64,000 bases of DNA. It comes from Nanobdellati archaeon (GTDB taxonomy: Archaea; EX4484-52; GLR71). Numbering within the stretch: the first letter of the stretch is position 1; each line of letters opens with the position of its first letter. The notes below the pieces were generated by a model, which made no database searches, was not told the origin of the DNA, and worked only from the letters and a program-made list of their open reading frames with translations. Made by a program: the position numbers and the translations under genes. This document shows, in pieces, positions 39,696-50,083 of the stretch. The stretch spans positions 168,663-232,662 of the forward strand of contig JAHYJR010000001.1 in NCBI GenBank assembly GCA_019429005.1, written 5' to 3'.

Positions 39696-40169
39696 ATGGC
39701 TAAACATAAGAAAAAATCTGAAAGTTCAAATGGTAAATTTACATTGATTGTTATTGCTATATTCATATTATCTACTGTTGGCTCAATTATGCTATCCTCA
39801 CCAGCAAATACAGGGACTGAAATCGCGTATCCCGAATCTGCTGTTATCGACAGGCAGTTTACACAAGGCGAATTTACAGCAATAAGACAAAGTGGTCTTG
39901 TAGCAATCATTTTTTCATCAGATATTTGTATTGAAAACTGTGATCTTATGCTTATGGACCTTGAGCGTACTGTACAGAAATATTCTCCATATGTGTTTAT
40001 GTCAAGAACCTATAATGCATCTGCACCAATAACGCTTATAAGTTATTCTGCTATAGAAGAATTTGAGACTTTTAATCAAACTGTTATTGATGAAGTAATA
40101 TGTCAATCGCTATATATTGACCCTGCAGAAAAATCAAAATATTGTCTTCCTTTAGCATTTAAGCAATAG
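39696..40169 (+). CDS. Membrane-anchored hypothetical protein
   Basis: Basic N-term + TM; CIENC and two further Cys, possibly thioredoxin-like fold. Confidence 0.6.
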   Translation: MAKHKKKSESSNGKFTLIVIAIFILSTVGSIMLSSPANTGTEIAYPESAVIDRQFTQGEFTAIRQSGLVAIIFSSDICIENCDLMLMDLERTVQKYSPYVFMSRTYNASAPITLISYSAIEEFETFNQTVIDEVICQSLYIDPAEKSKYCLPLAFKQ

Positions 40170-42776
40170 GTTTTCAGTATCTTTAATTTCTTTTTTGAAT
40201 CGTTTTATAGTATTTATCAGAACGTCTTTTTGAACTTTTATAAGGGTGCATATTGTAGATATCATTTCATCATCAGATAAATCTGTTTTTTGATTTTCTG
40301 TTGATTCATATTCTCTTTTTGCTTTATCTATTTGGATTTTTATTGTCGCTCTAAGCTGTACTGCTTTATCTTTATCAGTTGTTTCAATGTGACTGGCATA
40401 GCCAAGAATGTTCTTTACTTTATTTACAGATTTCCAGTAATTAAAAAGGTGTTTTGTTGCATCTAATGTTTCCATTTTGTCTTTAACACCAATCTCTTTT
40501 ACATATTCTTCAAGCATATTACTTGTGTCTGTTATGTTATCTTCAACACTATTTCCCGCCACAAATTCAATTCTTACGATACCATCTTGTATCTTTTTTG
40601 TGCCTAAAATCTTGATCTTTCCAATATCCTTTGTATTTGTGCAGTGTATACCGCCACAAGCTTCAGCATCATATTTTCCGACTTCAACAATTCGAATGAT
40701 TTTTCCAGGTGGTGCACCGCCTTGATATATTCTAAAACCATGTTTTTCTTCAGCATCCTGTCGTGACATAAACTGTGTTTTAATTGGTATTGCCTCATAA
40801 ATTATTTTATTTGCTGTATCTTCAATCTGTTTTAGCTCTTCAGCACTGATTTTTTTATAATGCGTAATATCTAGACGTGATTTTTTAATACCTTTATTCG
40901 CACCACCCTGCCAGACGTGGTCACCAAGAACTAGTTTTGCACTTGCACCTAGAATATGTGTTGCTGAGTGCATCTGTGCTAAAGTCTTACGTCGCACAGC
41001 ATTAATAACACCTACAACTTGTGCGTTTAAGCTAAAGCTTTTAATGTCCTCAACTTCATGCAAAACAACATCTTGTACTTTTTCAACATTTATGACTTTT
41101 TTATCATTTAATGTTCCGCTATCGTATGGCTGACCACCACCTGTCGGATAAAACAATGTTTTATCTAAAACAAGCCACTTGTTATCTATTATATCTATGA
41201 TTTTTCCACTAAATTCCATTTTTTCAGGTGATTCGTAATAAAGCATATCTGTTTTATCAATACCTTTGACATCAACTGTAACTTTTTTAGTTCTAAGTGG
41301 TGCTTTCTGATGTTTTTCAGACAATTTTGAATAGAATTCTCCAGGGATTTTGATTTCAAGATGTTTAGTTCTTGCAACATTTTCAATAAGTTCTGGTGTA
41401 ATTCCTTGAGATTCGTAAAGTGTCATAAGTGTATTTTTATCAAATTTATTTTTTTTGTCAATCATCGTATTGATGATTCTTTTTGCGTTTGTCAATGTTT
41501 TTGTATACTTGCTTTTTTCACTTTCAACAATCTTTTTCATGTTTTCAATATTATCTTCAAGCTCAGGGAACATAGGTTTTAAGTATTTAGCATGACCTTG
41601 TGCAATATCCATAAGTTCAAAATCCCATGCATTCCTGTTTATGAAATCAAGAGATCTTCGCAATAATACCCGTAAATTATAACCACCACCAACATTAGAT
41701 GGTATGCCACCATCCGTTGTTGCAAAAAGAAGTGTTCTTGCATGGTCTGCTACCGCATAAAGGTTTTGTAATGGCTCAAAATCATCTTTCATTTCTTTGA
41801 CAGTCACACCAACATGTTTTGCAGCATTTGCCATTGCTTTGTTTATGTCTTGAACCTCGTCTAGGTTAAGGGATCCTGCAATTTTTGAATATTTAGCAAA
41901 TTTTTCTTCATTGACTTTAATCCCTGTCGATTTTTTCATTTTGTTTGTAACGGGACCAAAAAGAGAATCATATGATGCTGAAGTTCCATTTGAGAACCAT
42001 ACTAATCTTTCAAGCCCCCATCCGACATCTACAACCTTTGTATCAAGTTGTTCATAACCAGCACCATTATTATTTTTTTGGAACTGCATAAATACCGAAT
42101 TGACAAGTTCAAGGCCTCTTGAGAATGTTTCAATACAAGGTCCGAATGCAGAAAAATCAGGCATTGCCCAGATATCTTCAATGTATACAAGTTCTTTTTC
42201 AGGTATACCCATTGCCTTTGTTAAGAAATTAAAATTAAGGTCTATGCATCTGTCTTTAAAATATCCAGTTTCAGGATATCCAAAAGCATGTTGTCCTGCC
42301 ATAACAAAAGAAGTTAAATGTCGTCCTGTTACACCAACATTGGGTATGTCTGGGAATCTTAAGCATACTTGCGGTACAACTAGTGGATTTGCAGGGTATT
42401 CAAAGCTCATCTTTCCATTATCAAGTCTTTGAAAATCTTGTATTGATGCAATTGTAAAATATAAGTCAGGTCTCCATCTGTCTACAACAGGATACCGTGG
42501 TATTGATGTATGTCCATTTTTTTTGAAGAATTTCTCAAAAAGTTTCCATGTTTCAATATAATCCCATTTTTGTTTTGTTATGGTGTCTCCAATAAAATCA
42601 TAATCTTGACATGGTGTATCTGCACAATATTTTCTTTCAGTATCAAGTGTCCAAAATACTTTACTACATTTTGAGCATGTTTTTCGCACAAAACCTCTCT
42701 CTTTGAATAGTTCAATCTGGTAATGTTTTTTCCAGTCTTTTGAAAATTCATTTTTAAGGTCTTTTTTGGTAAGCAT
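40152..42776 (-). CDS. alaS: Alanine--tRNA ligase (archaeal type)
   Basis: RYPVVDRWRPDLYFTIASI, DVGWGLERL, ADHART, HSATH, ACGGIH editing motifs. Confidence 0.96.
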   Translation of the reverse strand: MLTKKDLKNEFSKDWKKHYQIELFKERGFVRKTCSKCSKVFWTLDTERKYCADTPCQDYDFIGDTITKQKWDYIETWKLFEKFFKKNGHTSIPRYPVVDRWRPDLYFTIASIQDFQRLDNGKMSFEYPANPLVVPQVCLRFPDIPNVGVTGRHLTSFVMAGQHAFGYPETGYFKDRCIDLNFNFLTKAMGIPEKELVYIEDIWAMPDFSAFGPCIETFSRGLELVNSVFMQFQKNNNGAGYEQLDTKVVDVGWGLERLVWFSNGTSASYDSLFGPVTNKMKKSTGIKVNEEKFAKYSKIAGSLNLDEVQDINKAMANAAKHVGVTVKEMKDDFEPLQNLYAVADHARTLLFATTDGGIPSNVGGGYNLRVLLRRSLDFINRNAWDFELMDIAQGHAKYLKPMFPELEDNIENMKKIVESEKSKYTKTLTNAKRIINTMIDKKNKFDKNTLMTLYESQGITPELIENVARTKHLEIKIPGEFYSKLSEKHQKAPLRTKKVTVDVKGIDKTDMLYYESPEKMEFSGKIIDIIDNKWLVLDKTLFYPTGGGQPYDSGTLNDKKVINVEKVQDVVLHEVEDIKSFSLNAQVVGVINAVRRKTLAQMHSATHILGASAKLVLGDHVWQGGANKGIKKSRLDITHYKKISAEELKQIEDTANKIIYEAIPIKTQFMSRQDAEEKHGFRIYQGGAPPGKIIRIVEVGKYDAEACGGIHCTNTKDIGKIKILGTKKIQDGIVRIEFVAGNSVEDNITDTSNMLEEYVKEIGVKDKMETLDATKHLFNYWKSVNKVKNILGYASHIETTDKDKAVQLRATIKIQIDKAKREYESTENQKTDLSDDEMISTICTLIKVQKDVLINTIKRFKKEIKDTENLLLKC

Positions 42777-42867
42777 AAGATAACACCAATTCAATATTTA
42801 GATTTCGGTATTAAGTTATTTAACTTTATCTAAGTTAGGCACTAATAAATTTTTAAGGTTTATCAAA

Positions 42868-43410
42868 CTAATTTTTAACAAATTTTTCAAAGATATCTTT
42901 ATTTTTAACTTCAGGATGGAACATAAGGCCATAGATATCTTTTGTTTTATGTTTTATAGCATGGACACAATTCTTTGATTCCGCTAAAATATCAAAGTTT
43001 GTTGAGGGTATTACTGAATAACTATGAAGGCTGTATGCATTAAATTTTCCAGAAAACAAAGAATTTTTCTTTTTTGTATTAACTTCAACAAGACCAATTT
43101 CTGTGCAAGGCTTAAGGGTTGAGCCAAATACGAGCGCGATAATTTCCATACCTGCACAGATTCCAAGCATAGGTTTATCGTAATTGGTTATCCAACTGAA
43201 TTTATCAATATCATCAATAAATCTGTTATCTTTAAGATTTGCTCCAGATAGAATTATTTTATCTGTTTTATCTATATCTTTGTCCTTTATTTCAGAATAC
43301 TGTAGGACCCTAAAATCCGTTTTATCTTTTATTACAGACACAATAGGCTGAATAAATTCATAAGCTTCTAAAGAATCTTTTTTATGGTTCATATCAACAA
43401 TCAATATCAT
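42868..43410 (-). CDS. Class I glutamine amidotransferase (stand-alone glutaminase subunit)
   Basis: IILSG, LGICAG (nucleophile Cys), FHPE. Confidence 0.88.
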   Translation of the reverse strand: MILIVDMNHKKDSLEAYEFIQPIVSVIKDKTDFRVLQYSEIKDKDIDKTDKIILSGANLKDNRFIDDIDKFSWITNYDKPMLGICAGMEIIALVFGSTLKPCTEIGLVEVNTKKKNSLFSGKFNAYSLHSYSVIPSTNFDILAESKNCVHAIKHKTKDIYGLMFHPEVKNKDIFEKFVKN

Positions 43411-44087
43411 TTATCAACCAGCTCCACAGATTTGATTATGAATATGCCCGAATTGTCTTTTGCGTTTTTTTCAAAGTCTGTAAGTACTATTCGTTTCTTG
43501 AAGAACGGTGCATCAAGAACGGTGGTCTCAAGTTCACCACCTTCACCTGCAGGATTTATTTCATATTTGGCTTGTAATACAACAAGCTTTGCTATAATAT
43601 TTTTATCTATTTTTTGCCCTAGCCAACTTTCGTCTAGAGGATATGCAAAGATACCAGAAATAATTATATTGTATTTATTTTCAACAAGTTCATTTAGAAG
43701 TTCTACCTGATCTTTCATCCAGAGCGGATTTATGCATTTCAAGTTTAACTTATCACATATAATCTCTATCCTTTTTGATTGATAAACAGATTGTATTGTG
43801 CCAGTTACGATTCCATTTAACTTGTATATTTTTTTTGCTTTTTTTATCGCATTCTCAAGATCTTCTAGTTCTTTTTCTTTTATACCTTCAGTTTCGACTT
43901 TTAAAAGTGGGATACCTATTGCTTCAGCTTGAAGGTCTGTAATATGGATGTTTGGCGTATGAAACATATAGCTTTCCTTATTTTTTGAGACAATTGCTAT
44001 AAGACATACTACTGTTTCTTTTTTCATAGCTATATCTAACGCATATGTTGAATCCTTGCCACCTGAAAACAGAACACCGAGTTTCAT
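43407..44087 (-). CDS. dph6: Diphthine--ammonia ligase
   Basis: LFSGGKDS, SYMFH, NPLW, NPAGEGGELET. Confidence 0.9.
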   Translation of the reverse strand: MKLGVLFSGGKDSTYALDIAMKKETVVCLIAIVSKNKESYMFHTPNIHITDLQAEAIGIPLLKVETEGIKEKELEDLENAIKKAKKIYKLNGIVTGTIQSVYQSKRIEIICDKLNLKCINPLWMKDQVELLNELVENKYNIIISGIFAYPLDESWLGQKIDKNIIAKLVVLQAKYEINPAGEGGELETTVLDAPFFKKRIVLTDFEKNAKDNSGIFIIKSVELVDK

Positions 44088-44192
44088 AAGATAATAATTG
44101 ATAGGCAATCATTTAATCTTTTTTGTTAATGTTGCTCAGTTTGGTTTAGAAATGAACTCTTAGAAAAAAATTGTTAAAAAAAAATAAAATAA

Positions 44193-44216
44193 AGATGACA
44201 AACAAAGTTGTCATCT
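44193..44216 (-). terminator. Hairpin plus T-tract downstream of rpl12
   Basis: AGATGACAA-N6-TTGTCATCT followed by a T-rich run on the minus strand. Confidence 0.55.
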
Positions 44217-44228
44217 AAAGTGATGTAT

Positions 44229-44519
44229 TTAACCGAAAAGTGCTCCAAGTCCAGCTGCTGCTTCTTCAGGTTTCTTTTCTTCTACTTTAGCTTCTACTTT
44301 AGCTTCAGCCACAGGTGCTGCTGCTGTAGGTGCTGCTGTAGCGACTGCTGAAGTTTTAATAGCATCTTCTATATCAACACTTTCAAGTGCTGCTACAAGA
44401 GCTTTAATTCTAGAATCGTCTGCTTTTACACCAGCTGCGTCAAGAACTTTCTTAACTGCTGCTTCATCAACTTTATTTCCAGATGCATGTAATAACATTG
44501 CTGCGTATATATATTCCAT
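44229..44519 (-). CDS. rpl12: 50S ribosomal stalk protein P1 (L12)
   Basis: [11 protein letters not shown]...GLGALFG; GGAGG SD upstream. Confidence 0.97.
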   Translation of the reverse strand: MEYIYAAMLLHASGNKVDEAAVKKVLDAAGVKADDSRIKALVAALESVDIEDAIKTSAVATAAPTAAAPVAEAKVEAKVEEKKPEEAAAGLGALFG

Positions 44520-44575
44520 TTATTTCTCCTCCTTTTTTAAATTATCTTATAATTATTCTTTGGTTGAATATGTTT

Positions 44576-45544
44576 TTAACCGAAAAGTGCTCCAAGACCT
44601 ACTGTTACATCTTCAGGTTTATCTTCTTCGTGTTTTTCTTCTTTTTTCTCTTCAATTTTTGCTTCTTCAATTGGTGCTGCCGTTGCAATTTGTATACCAC
44701 CCCTTGCATCATCAGGCAATCTTGACGATACAGACATCATCTGTGCATATGCTTTCGGTATAATTGATTTGATTGTTTCTTTATTTAAAACACCTGAATT
44801 TATAGCAAGATTTAATGTATCTGTGTGTGCTTTTCCAATCAGAAGTGCTATTACATCTTTAGTTGGGTATGCTGCATTAAATGCAAGATTAAATGACCAT
44901 TTGTAAGCATTTTGTATGTTTGTTCTATATTCAGCTTGATTAATATCGAGCGTATCTTTCATGAATATGATTCCATCTTCATAAGCTGCAACAAGGTTAA
45001 GGCTAATCATAACTGGTTTGATTCCAAGTTGCATTAATATGCTAGCAAGTGATGATGAAATCTCGTCTCCTTCGCTTGCGACTTTTGAATCTTCAGTTAT
45101 TGTTATTATAGGCCCTTGTATTCTTGCTTTAATTTTTGCCTTTTGAAGTTCACCTATTATAGGACCTGGTGTCAGTTTTGTATCTCCTTTTGGAATCACT
45201 AATTCTTTAGGTGCTTTTTCTCCAGCTTTTAAGTATGTTGCGACTTTACTTTTATTTATTTTTTGAAATAATTTGAAAGGGTTTTCATTACTTAATATTA
45301 TACCTGGATTTTCTATGTTTAGTTTGTTTAATTCAGCTATATTATCTTTTTTAACACCCCCAATAGATCTTGTAAGTATACATTTTTTTGCGATTTTTAT
45401 ATCTGCTGTACCTCGAAGTTCTTGTCGTATCATGTGTAACTGTGCAGCTGGTAATTTATGCAGATCAACCATACCAATAATCTTATGATTAGATATAGCT
45501 TTCTTAATCTTTTCAGTTTCTTTGATTTTCCATTCTTGTACCAT
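44576..45544 (-). CDS. rpl10: 50S ribosomal protein uL10 (P0)
   Basis: VQEWK, NPFKL, PGPIIGEL, C-term GLGALFG. Confidence 0.95.
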   Translation of the reverse strand: MVQEWKIKETEKIKKAISNHKIIGMVDLHKLPAAQLHMIRQELRGTADIKIAKKCILTRSIGGVKKDNIAELNKLNIENPGIILSNENPFKLFQKINKSKVATYLKAGEKAPKELVIPKGDTKLTPGPIIGELQKAKIKARIQGPIITITEDSKVASEGDEISSSLASILMQLGIKPVMISLNLVAAYEDGIIFMKDTLDINQAEYRTNIQNAYKWSFNLAFNAAYPTKDVIALLIGKAHTDTLNLAINSGVLNKETIKSIIPKAYAQMMSVSSRLPDDARGGIQIATAAPIEEAKIEEKKEEKHEEDKPEDVTVGLGALFG

Positions 45545-45558
45545 TTAGCTCAATCCCT

Positions 45559-46203
45559 TTAATATTTAGATACGTCTATTTTTGCCGCATTGCTCATAGT
45601 TAATTTTAAATAAATTGATTTTATGTTATGTTCTTGCGACGGTAATTTATTTTTAACTACATTTATAACAGCTTTTGCATTTTCTTCAAGATCTTTGTTG
45701 TCCATGCTTTCACTTCCAATTTGGCAGTGTATTACAGGTGCTTTATCTGTTACATTTACGACTATTGTATTTTTTAATTTATTAATCATAGCTGCTGGAT
45801 CTGCTTGTGGTGGCATTGGTCTAGGCATTTTACCCATTGGACTCATGTATTTACCAAAGCTTTTACCTATATTTGCCATAAGCTGTGGTTCTGCGATAAA
45901 GAAATCAATTTCTCTTACAAGTTTCTTAATTGCTGTTTTATCTTTTTTATATTTATCAAGACTTTTTTCATCAATTGTTATATCAGCGATACCTTTTGCT
46001 TTTGAAATTAGTTCAGTTCCTATAACACAGATTTTTGCAGGTTTACTTCTTCCTTTTGGAAGTAAGACATCTTCTCTAAATCTGTTTTCAACTTTTTTAA
46101 AGTCCATGCCTTTAAGATTTATTGCAAGGTCTACAGATTGTATGAAATTTCTTTCTTTTTTATTCTTTTTCAAGTTTTCAATAATCTTGTTTATTTCACT
46201 CAT
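45559..46203 (-). CDS. rpl1: 50S ribosomal protein uL1
   Basis: RNFIQSVDLAINLK, GKMPRP, YLKLTM. Confidence 0.95.
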   Translation of the reverse strand: MSEINKIIENLKKNKKERNFIQSVDLAINLKGMDFKKVENRFREDVLLPKGRSKPAKICVIGTELISKAKGIADITIDEKSLDKYKKDKTAIKKLVREIDFFIAEPQLMANIGKSFGKYMSPMGKMPRPMPPQADPAAMINKLKNTIVVNVTDKAPVIHCQIGSESMDNKDLEENAKAVINVVKNKLPSQEHNIKSIYLKLTMSNAAKIDVSKY

Positions 46204-46219
46204 ATTTATGACCTATCAA

Positions 46220-46939
46220 TTATTTTTTTGCTTCTTTCCTTGAACCTTCTTTTGGAACCATTCTATCTATTACAGTTTTAGATATCCCTGCTTCTTTAAG
46301 TTTATGTTTTATATCTGATGCGGATTTATTTTTCATTTTTTCAAGGATTTCAACAACTTTAATTTCTTCATCAGCATGTTGTTTTTTAATCGTTTCAGCA
46401 AATGTTTTTCGTTCTCCTTCTATTATTTTAAGTTCATCTTCAGAAAGTTCAGTCTTTCCAGATTCAATCTTTTGATCATATAAACCTTCATTGATTTCTT
46501 TTGTGATTACTTGTGGTGTTTTATCTTCAATTAAAATACCCATTGTAACACAAGTTCCAATAACTGTTTTTACTGCAGATTTGAGTGTTTTTGCACCCAT
46601 TGATTCTTGTTTCATCTTTGCGATTTTTATTGCTTGTTCAATCTTCATATCTGCTACATTTTCAGTTCCAGCCATACCTGATGCTTTTTCAAGGTTAAGT
46701 TCTTTTTTGATTAATTCAGATACTGATGGTGCACCAACTTCGATTTTAAACTCTTTTGTTTCTGTATCAATTTTGACAAGGACAGGTACTTTCATACCCT
46801 TAAAAGCTTCTGTTTTTTCATTTATTGTATCAATAACAGCTTTTATATTTACACCCATTGGTCCTAATGCAGGGCCTAATGGTGGTCCTGCAGATGCTTT
46901 TCCGCCATCAACTATTGTTTCGATTATTTCTTCACTCAT
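46220..46939 (-). CDS. rpl11: 50S ribosomal protein uL11 with C-terminal extension
   Basis: GGKASAGPPLGPALGPMG, FKGMKVPV, GTCVTMG. Confidence 0.95.
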   Translation of the reverse strand: MSEEIIETIVDGGKASAGPPLGPALGPMGVNIKAVIDTINEKTEAFKGMKVPVLVKIDTETKEFKIEVGAPSVSELIKKELNLEKASGMAGTENVADMKIEQAIKIAKMKQESMGAKTLKSAVKTVIGTCVTMGILIEDKTPQVITKEINEGLYDQKIESGKTELSEDELKIIEGERKTFAETIKKQHADEEIKVVEILEKMKNKSASDIKHKLKEAGISKTVIDRMVPKEGSRKEAKK

Positions 46940-46962
46940 TATGTTACACCATGAAATATGTT

Positions 46963-47394
46963 TTAATTGCTAATCTTCTTTAGAAGATCAATTTTAATTG
47001 TAATTGGTATTGGAACGACAGCTTCAATCAGTTCAATTTTTGCTTCTCTTTTTTGTTCATTTATTCTTGTGATTTTCGCTTTTTCTCTTTTAAATGGACC
47101 ACCCATAACTTCAACAAAGTCTCCTTCTTTTATAGTGATTTCAACAGTTCTCTCTTCGAAATATGTGTTTAATGTCTCAACTGACACTTCTTTACTGATA
47201 ACACCCCTTATGTGTGGTATTGTTTTTATAAATGCTTCCATCTCTTCTTGGTTTTCGCCTTCAACAAAAAAATATCCTTTAATTTCTGCGGGACTAATTA
47301 TAGCTTGTATTATACCCTCATCAGTTTTTTTAAGGTCTATTGAATCTATTGCAGTCTTTTCACGCCCTACTGTAGTTCGTACTGTTAATATCAT
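46963..47394 (-). CDS. spt5: Transcription elongation factor Spt5 (NusG)
   Basis: VRTTVGRE, KGYFFVE, KOW GDFVEVMGGPFK. Confidence 0.93.
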   Translation of the reverse strand: MILTVRTTVGREKTAIDSIDLKKTDEGIIQAIISPAEIKGYFFVEGENQEEMEAFIKTIPHIRGVISKEVSVETLNTYFEERTVEITIKEGDFVEVMGGPFKREKAKITRINEQKREAKIELIEAVVPIPITIKIDLLKKISN

Positions 47395-47415
47395 GAGAGA
47401 TCACATTTTTATTTT

Positions 47416-47586
47416 TTAAAAGATGCCTGTTATCATTGCAAAAATATATATAACAAAACCAACAAGACCTATTAACAAAATACCAATGCCTGTGATTTTT
47501 ATAGACATAGACAATTCTGCTTTTGAAGGTTTTTTTGTAATATTTAATACTCTTTTAAAATCCTTGAGTTTGTTTTTTATGGACAT
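47416..47586 (-). CDS. secE: Protein translocase subunit SecE/Sec61-gamma (56 aa)
   Basis: Not in track. MSIKNKLKDFKRVLNITKKPSKAELSMSIKITGIGILLIGLVGFVIYIFAMITGIF; canonical ftsZ-secE-spt5 synteny. Confidence 0.93.
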   Translation of the reverse strand: MSIKNKLKDFKRVLNITKKPSKAELSMSIKITGIGILLIGLVGFVIYIFAMITGIF

Positions 47587-47710
47587 TGTTATCACAGAAT
47601 AAGCTCTCTTCTACCTAAGTAGTGATACGAGCTGACTTGTATATTTTTATAGACAATATATCTTTATATATTTTACTAATATTTTGATATTTTTGAAAAA
47701 TATATGGATT

Positions 47711-48835
47711 TTATATAAAATCTATACCTAATTCTTTTTCAATTTCTTTTTGTTCTTCTTTTCTAAATGAATGTTCTGAACCAAAAATCTGCGGACTTTT
47801 AACACCTGTTACGATTATCATAGCTCTTAAAGTATCTCCGAGATCTCTTTGTATTTGAGCACCCCATATAATTTTTGCATCTGGTGATAATCTTGTAGAG
47901 ACTGCATTTACTACAGATTGACTTTCTTTAAGTGTTAAATCAGGACCTCCTGTAATATTAATAAGTGCACCATCTGCACCATCTATATCAACATCAAGTA
48001 GTGGGTTTGCAAGAGCTTTTTGTACTGCTTCTTCTGCTCTGTTTTCGGTATCACTTTGACCCATACCAATCATAGCAAGACCACCTTCACTCATAACAGC
48101 TTTAATATCTGCAAAATCAAGGTTAATCAAACCGGGTTGTGTAACAAGTTCAGTTATTCCTTTTACTGCATTTACAAGAATCTCATCTGCGACCTTGAAT
48201 GCTGTATCAATTGATACATCAGGAACAATACTTAATAATTTATCATTTGGTATAACAATAAGTGTGTCTGCAACAGGTTCAAGTTTTCTTAAACCATCTT
48301 TAGCATTTATTTGTCTTTGTTTACCTTCCATTGAAAATGGTAATGTTACGATTGCGATTGTAAGTGCACCAACTTTCTTGGATATTTCTGCTATAACTGG
48401 TGCAGCACCAGTACCTGTACCGCCTCCAAGACCACAAGTTATAAAGACCATATCAGAGTGTTCAAGAAGTGCTTTAATTTCATCTCTACTTTCTTTTGCA
48501 GAAGCTTCACCTTTTTTTGGATCAGCACCAGCACCAAGACCTTCTGCGATTTCTTTACCTAAAAGTATTTTTTGATCTGCATCAGTATATAATAAATCTT
48601 GTGCGTCTGTATTAAGTGCTATAATCTCAGCACCCTTTATACCAATTTGTGACAATCTCTCAATTGTGTTATTTCCAGCACCACCGACACCCAAAACTTT
48701 TATTTCAGCAAGCCTATTGTCTAGGAGCTTTTTTAATTCAGAATCAATTGCATGAAGTTTTTTCGTATCTTTCTTCCTATCTTTATTTAAGATATCATCA
48801 TTTTCATTAATAATTTTTTCCATTAAATCCACCAT
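47711..48835 (-). CDS. ftsZ: Cell division protein FtsZ
   Basis: GVGGAGNN, GLGGGTGTG, NLDFAD. Confidence 0.97.
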   Translation of the reverse strand: MVDLMEKIINENDDILNKDRKKDTKKLHAIDSELKKLLDNRLAEIKVLGVGGAGNNTIERLSQIGIKGAEIIALNTDAQDLLYTDADQKILLGKEIAEGLGAGADPKKGEASAKESRDEIKALLEHSDMVFITCGLGGGTGTGAAPVIAEISKKVGALTIAIVTLPFSMEGKQRQINAKDGLRKLEPVADTLIVIPNDKLLSIVPDVSIDTAFKVADEILVNAVKGITELVTQPGLINLDFADIKAVMSEGGLAMIGMGQSDTENRAEEAVQKALANPLLDVDIDGADGALINITGGPDLTLKESQSVVNAVSTRLSPDAKIIWGAQIQRDLGDTLRAMIIVTGVKSPQIFGSEHSFRKEEQKEIEKELGIDFI

Positions 48836-48962
48836 TTGTTCCTATTCGTAAATTATGATAATTATATACCACTTAATGGTTTTTAAAACTATTTAAACAT
48901 TTCTTGTTTTATATCTAAATTGTTTATCTTGTGGTACTATTATTGTTTATTTTTTATATATC

Positions 48963-49628
48963 CTATACTGTTTTTTTATAAATTTCAACAAACTCAATCT
49001 TTTTGATATCTGATATATATTGTATAATCTTATTTGCAGTCATATTTTTTAGTTCAGGAGTTGTTTTGATTGTATTTGGTATTATGATTTTTGCACTTTT
49101 ATCTACGATTTCAACATCAACTTCTGCCGAAATATAATATGATACTATTGCTTTAATTTGTTCTTTTGTATCTTTAATTTGTTCGTTTATTTTGATGTCG
49201 TAGATTAATGTTTTTTCAGCAAGCGGGTGATTGAAATCAATTTTAACTCGTCCGCTATTTACACTCAAAATGTGACCACGTTGACCATTACCTAAATCTA
49301 AGTATTTTCCTGGAATGGGGTTTACGCCCTGTTTTTTGAAGTCTTTCATATTAAATACTTTTGTTAATTCTGGATTTCTTTGACCAAACGCATTTTCAGG
49401 CTTAAGTTCAATTGTCTTTTTATCTCCAATTTTCATATTTTTCATTTCTGCTTCAAGACCTTTGAGTATGAATCCACCGCCAATTATTATTGTTATTGGG
49501 CCATATTTCATAGTTGGATTATAAATTTCATTTTCTTTTGCGATTTTTTCGTCTGTAAGATCAAAAATTTTACCTGTTTCTTTGACAGTTCCAACATATT
49601 CGATGCTTATAAAATCGTTATCTTTCAT
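48963..49628 (-). CDS. FKBP-type peptidyl-prolyl isomerase (archaeal long SlyD type)
   Basis: IFDLT, PENAFG, IDFNHPLA. Confidence 0.92.
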   Translation of the reverse strand: MKDNDFISIEYVGTVKETGKIFDLTDEKIAKENEIYNPTMKYGPITIIIGGGFILKGLEAEMKNMKIGDKKTIELKPENAFGQRNPELTKVFNMKDFKKQGVNPIPGKYLDLGNGQRGHILSVNSGRVKIDFNHPLAEKTLIYDIKINEQIKDTKEQIKAIVSYYISAEVDVEIVDKSAKIIIPNTIKTTPELKNMTANKIIQYISDIKKIEFVEIYKKTV

Positions 49629-49769
49629 GTAAAATCACTTAATCATTTAGAATTTGTAGTTATTTAATGATATAATATTATTAAAAGTATCTAAAAATTT
49701 TATATATCTTCTTATATTCATTTAATTTCAGCAATATTTAAAAAGTTTAATTATATTATAATTGTTTTA

Positions 49770-50027
49770 ATGGGATCAAAAGCTGATGACTGGATATCTG
49801 GAATAGATGTTGTATCACAACAGAATATAAAGAATTTGTTGACACTTATTATACAGCATAGACCCCATTATGAGAATTCAAAAGATCCAGCAGTTTCTCA
49901 GTTATGGTTTGTTGCAATCGAATTGTTTTCACGTATCGAAATCTTAGAAAAACGTATAGAATCTCTTGAAAATTTGAAAAGCAGACCTTACGATCTGAGT
50001 TTACTTGATACTTTGGATAATTATTAA
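49770..50027 (+). CDS. Small hypothetical coiled-coil protein
   Basis: 85 aa; YENSKDPAVSQLW...IEILEKRIESLE. Confidence 0.6.
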   Translation: MGSKADDWISGIDVVSQQNIKNLLTLIIQHRPHYENSKDPAVSQLWFVAIELFSRIEILEKRIESLENLKSRPYDLSLLDTLDNY

Positions 50028-50083
50028 GTGTAGTTAGTATAAGTTTTTATAGTTATAGATTGAATATCTATTTAGTGATATGT

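Noticed and set aside
44229-44596. 21-nt exact repeat TTAACCGAAAAGTGCTCCAAG at the ends of rpl12 and rpl10
   Set aside because: Encodes the conserved LGALFG stalk tail shared by P1 and P0.
45623-47419. Long + strand ORFs of 206, 160 and 150 aa (and similar shadow ORFs elsewhere)
   Set aside because: Antisense shadows of rpl1, rpl11 and spt5.
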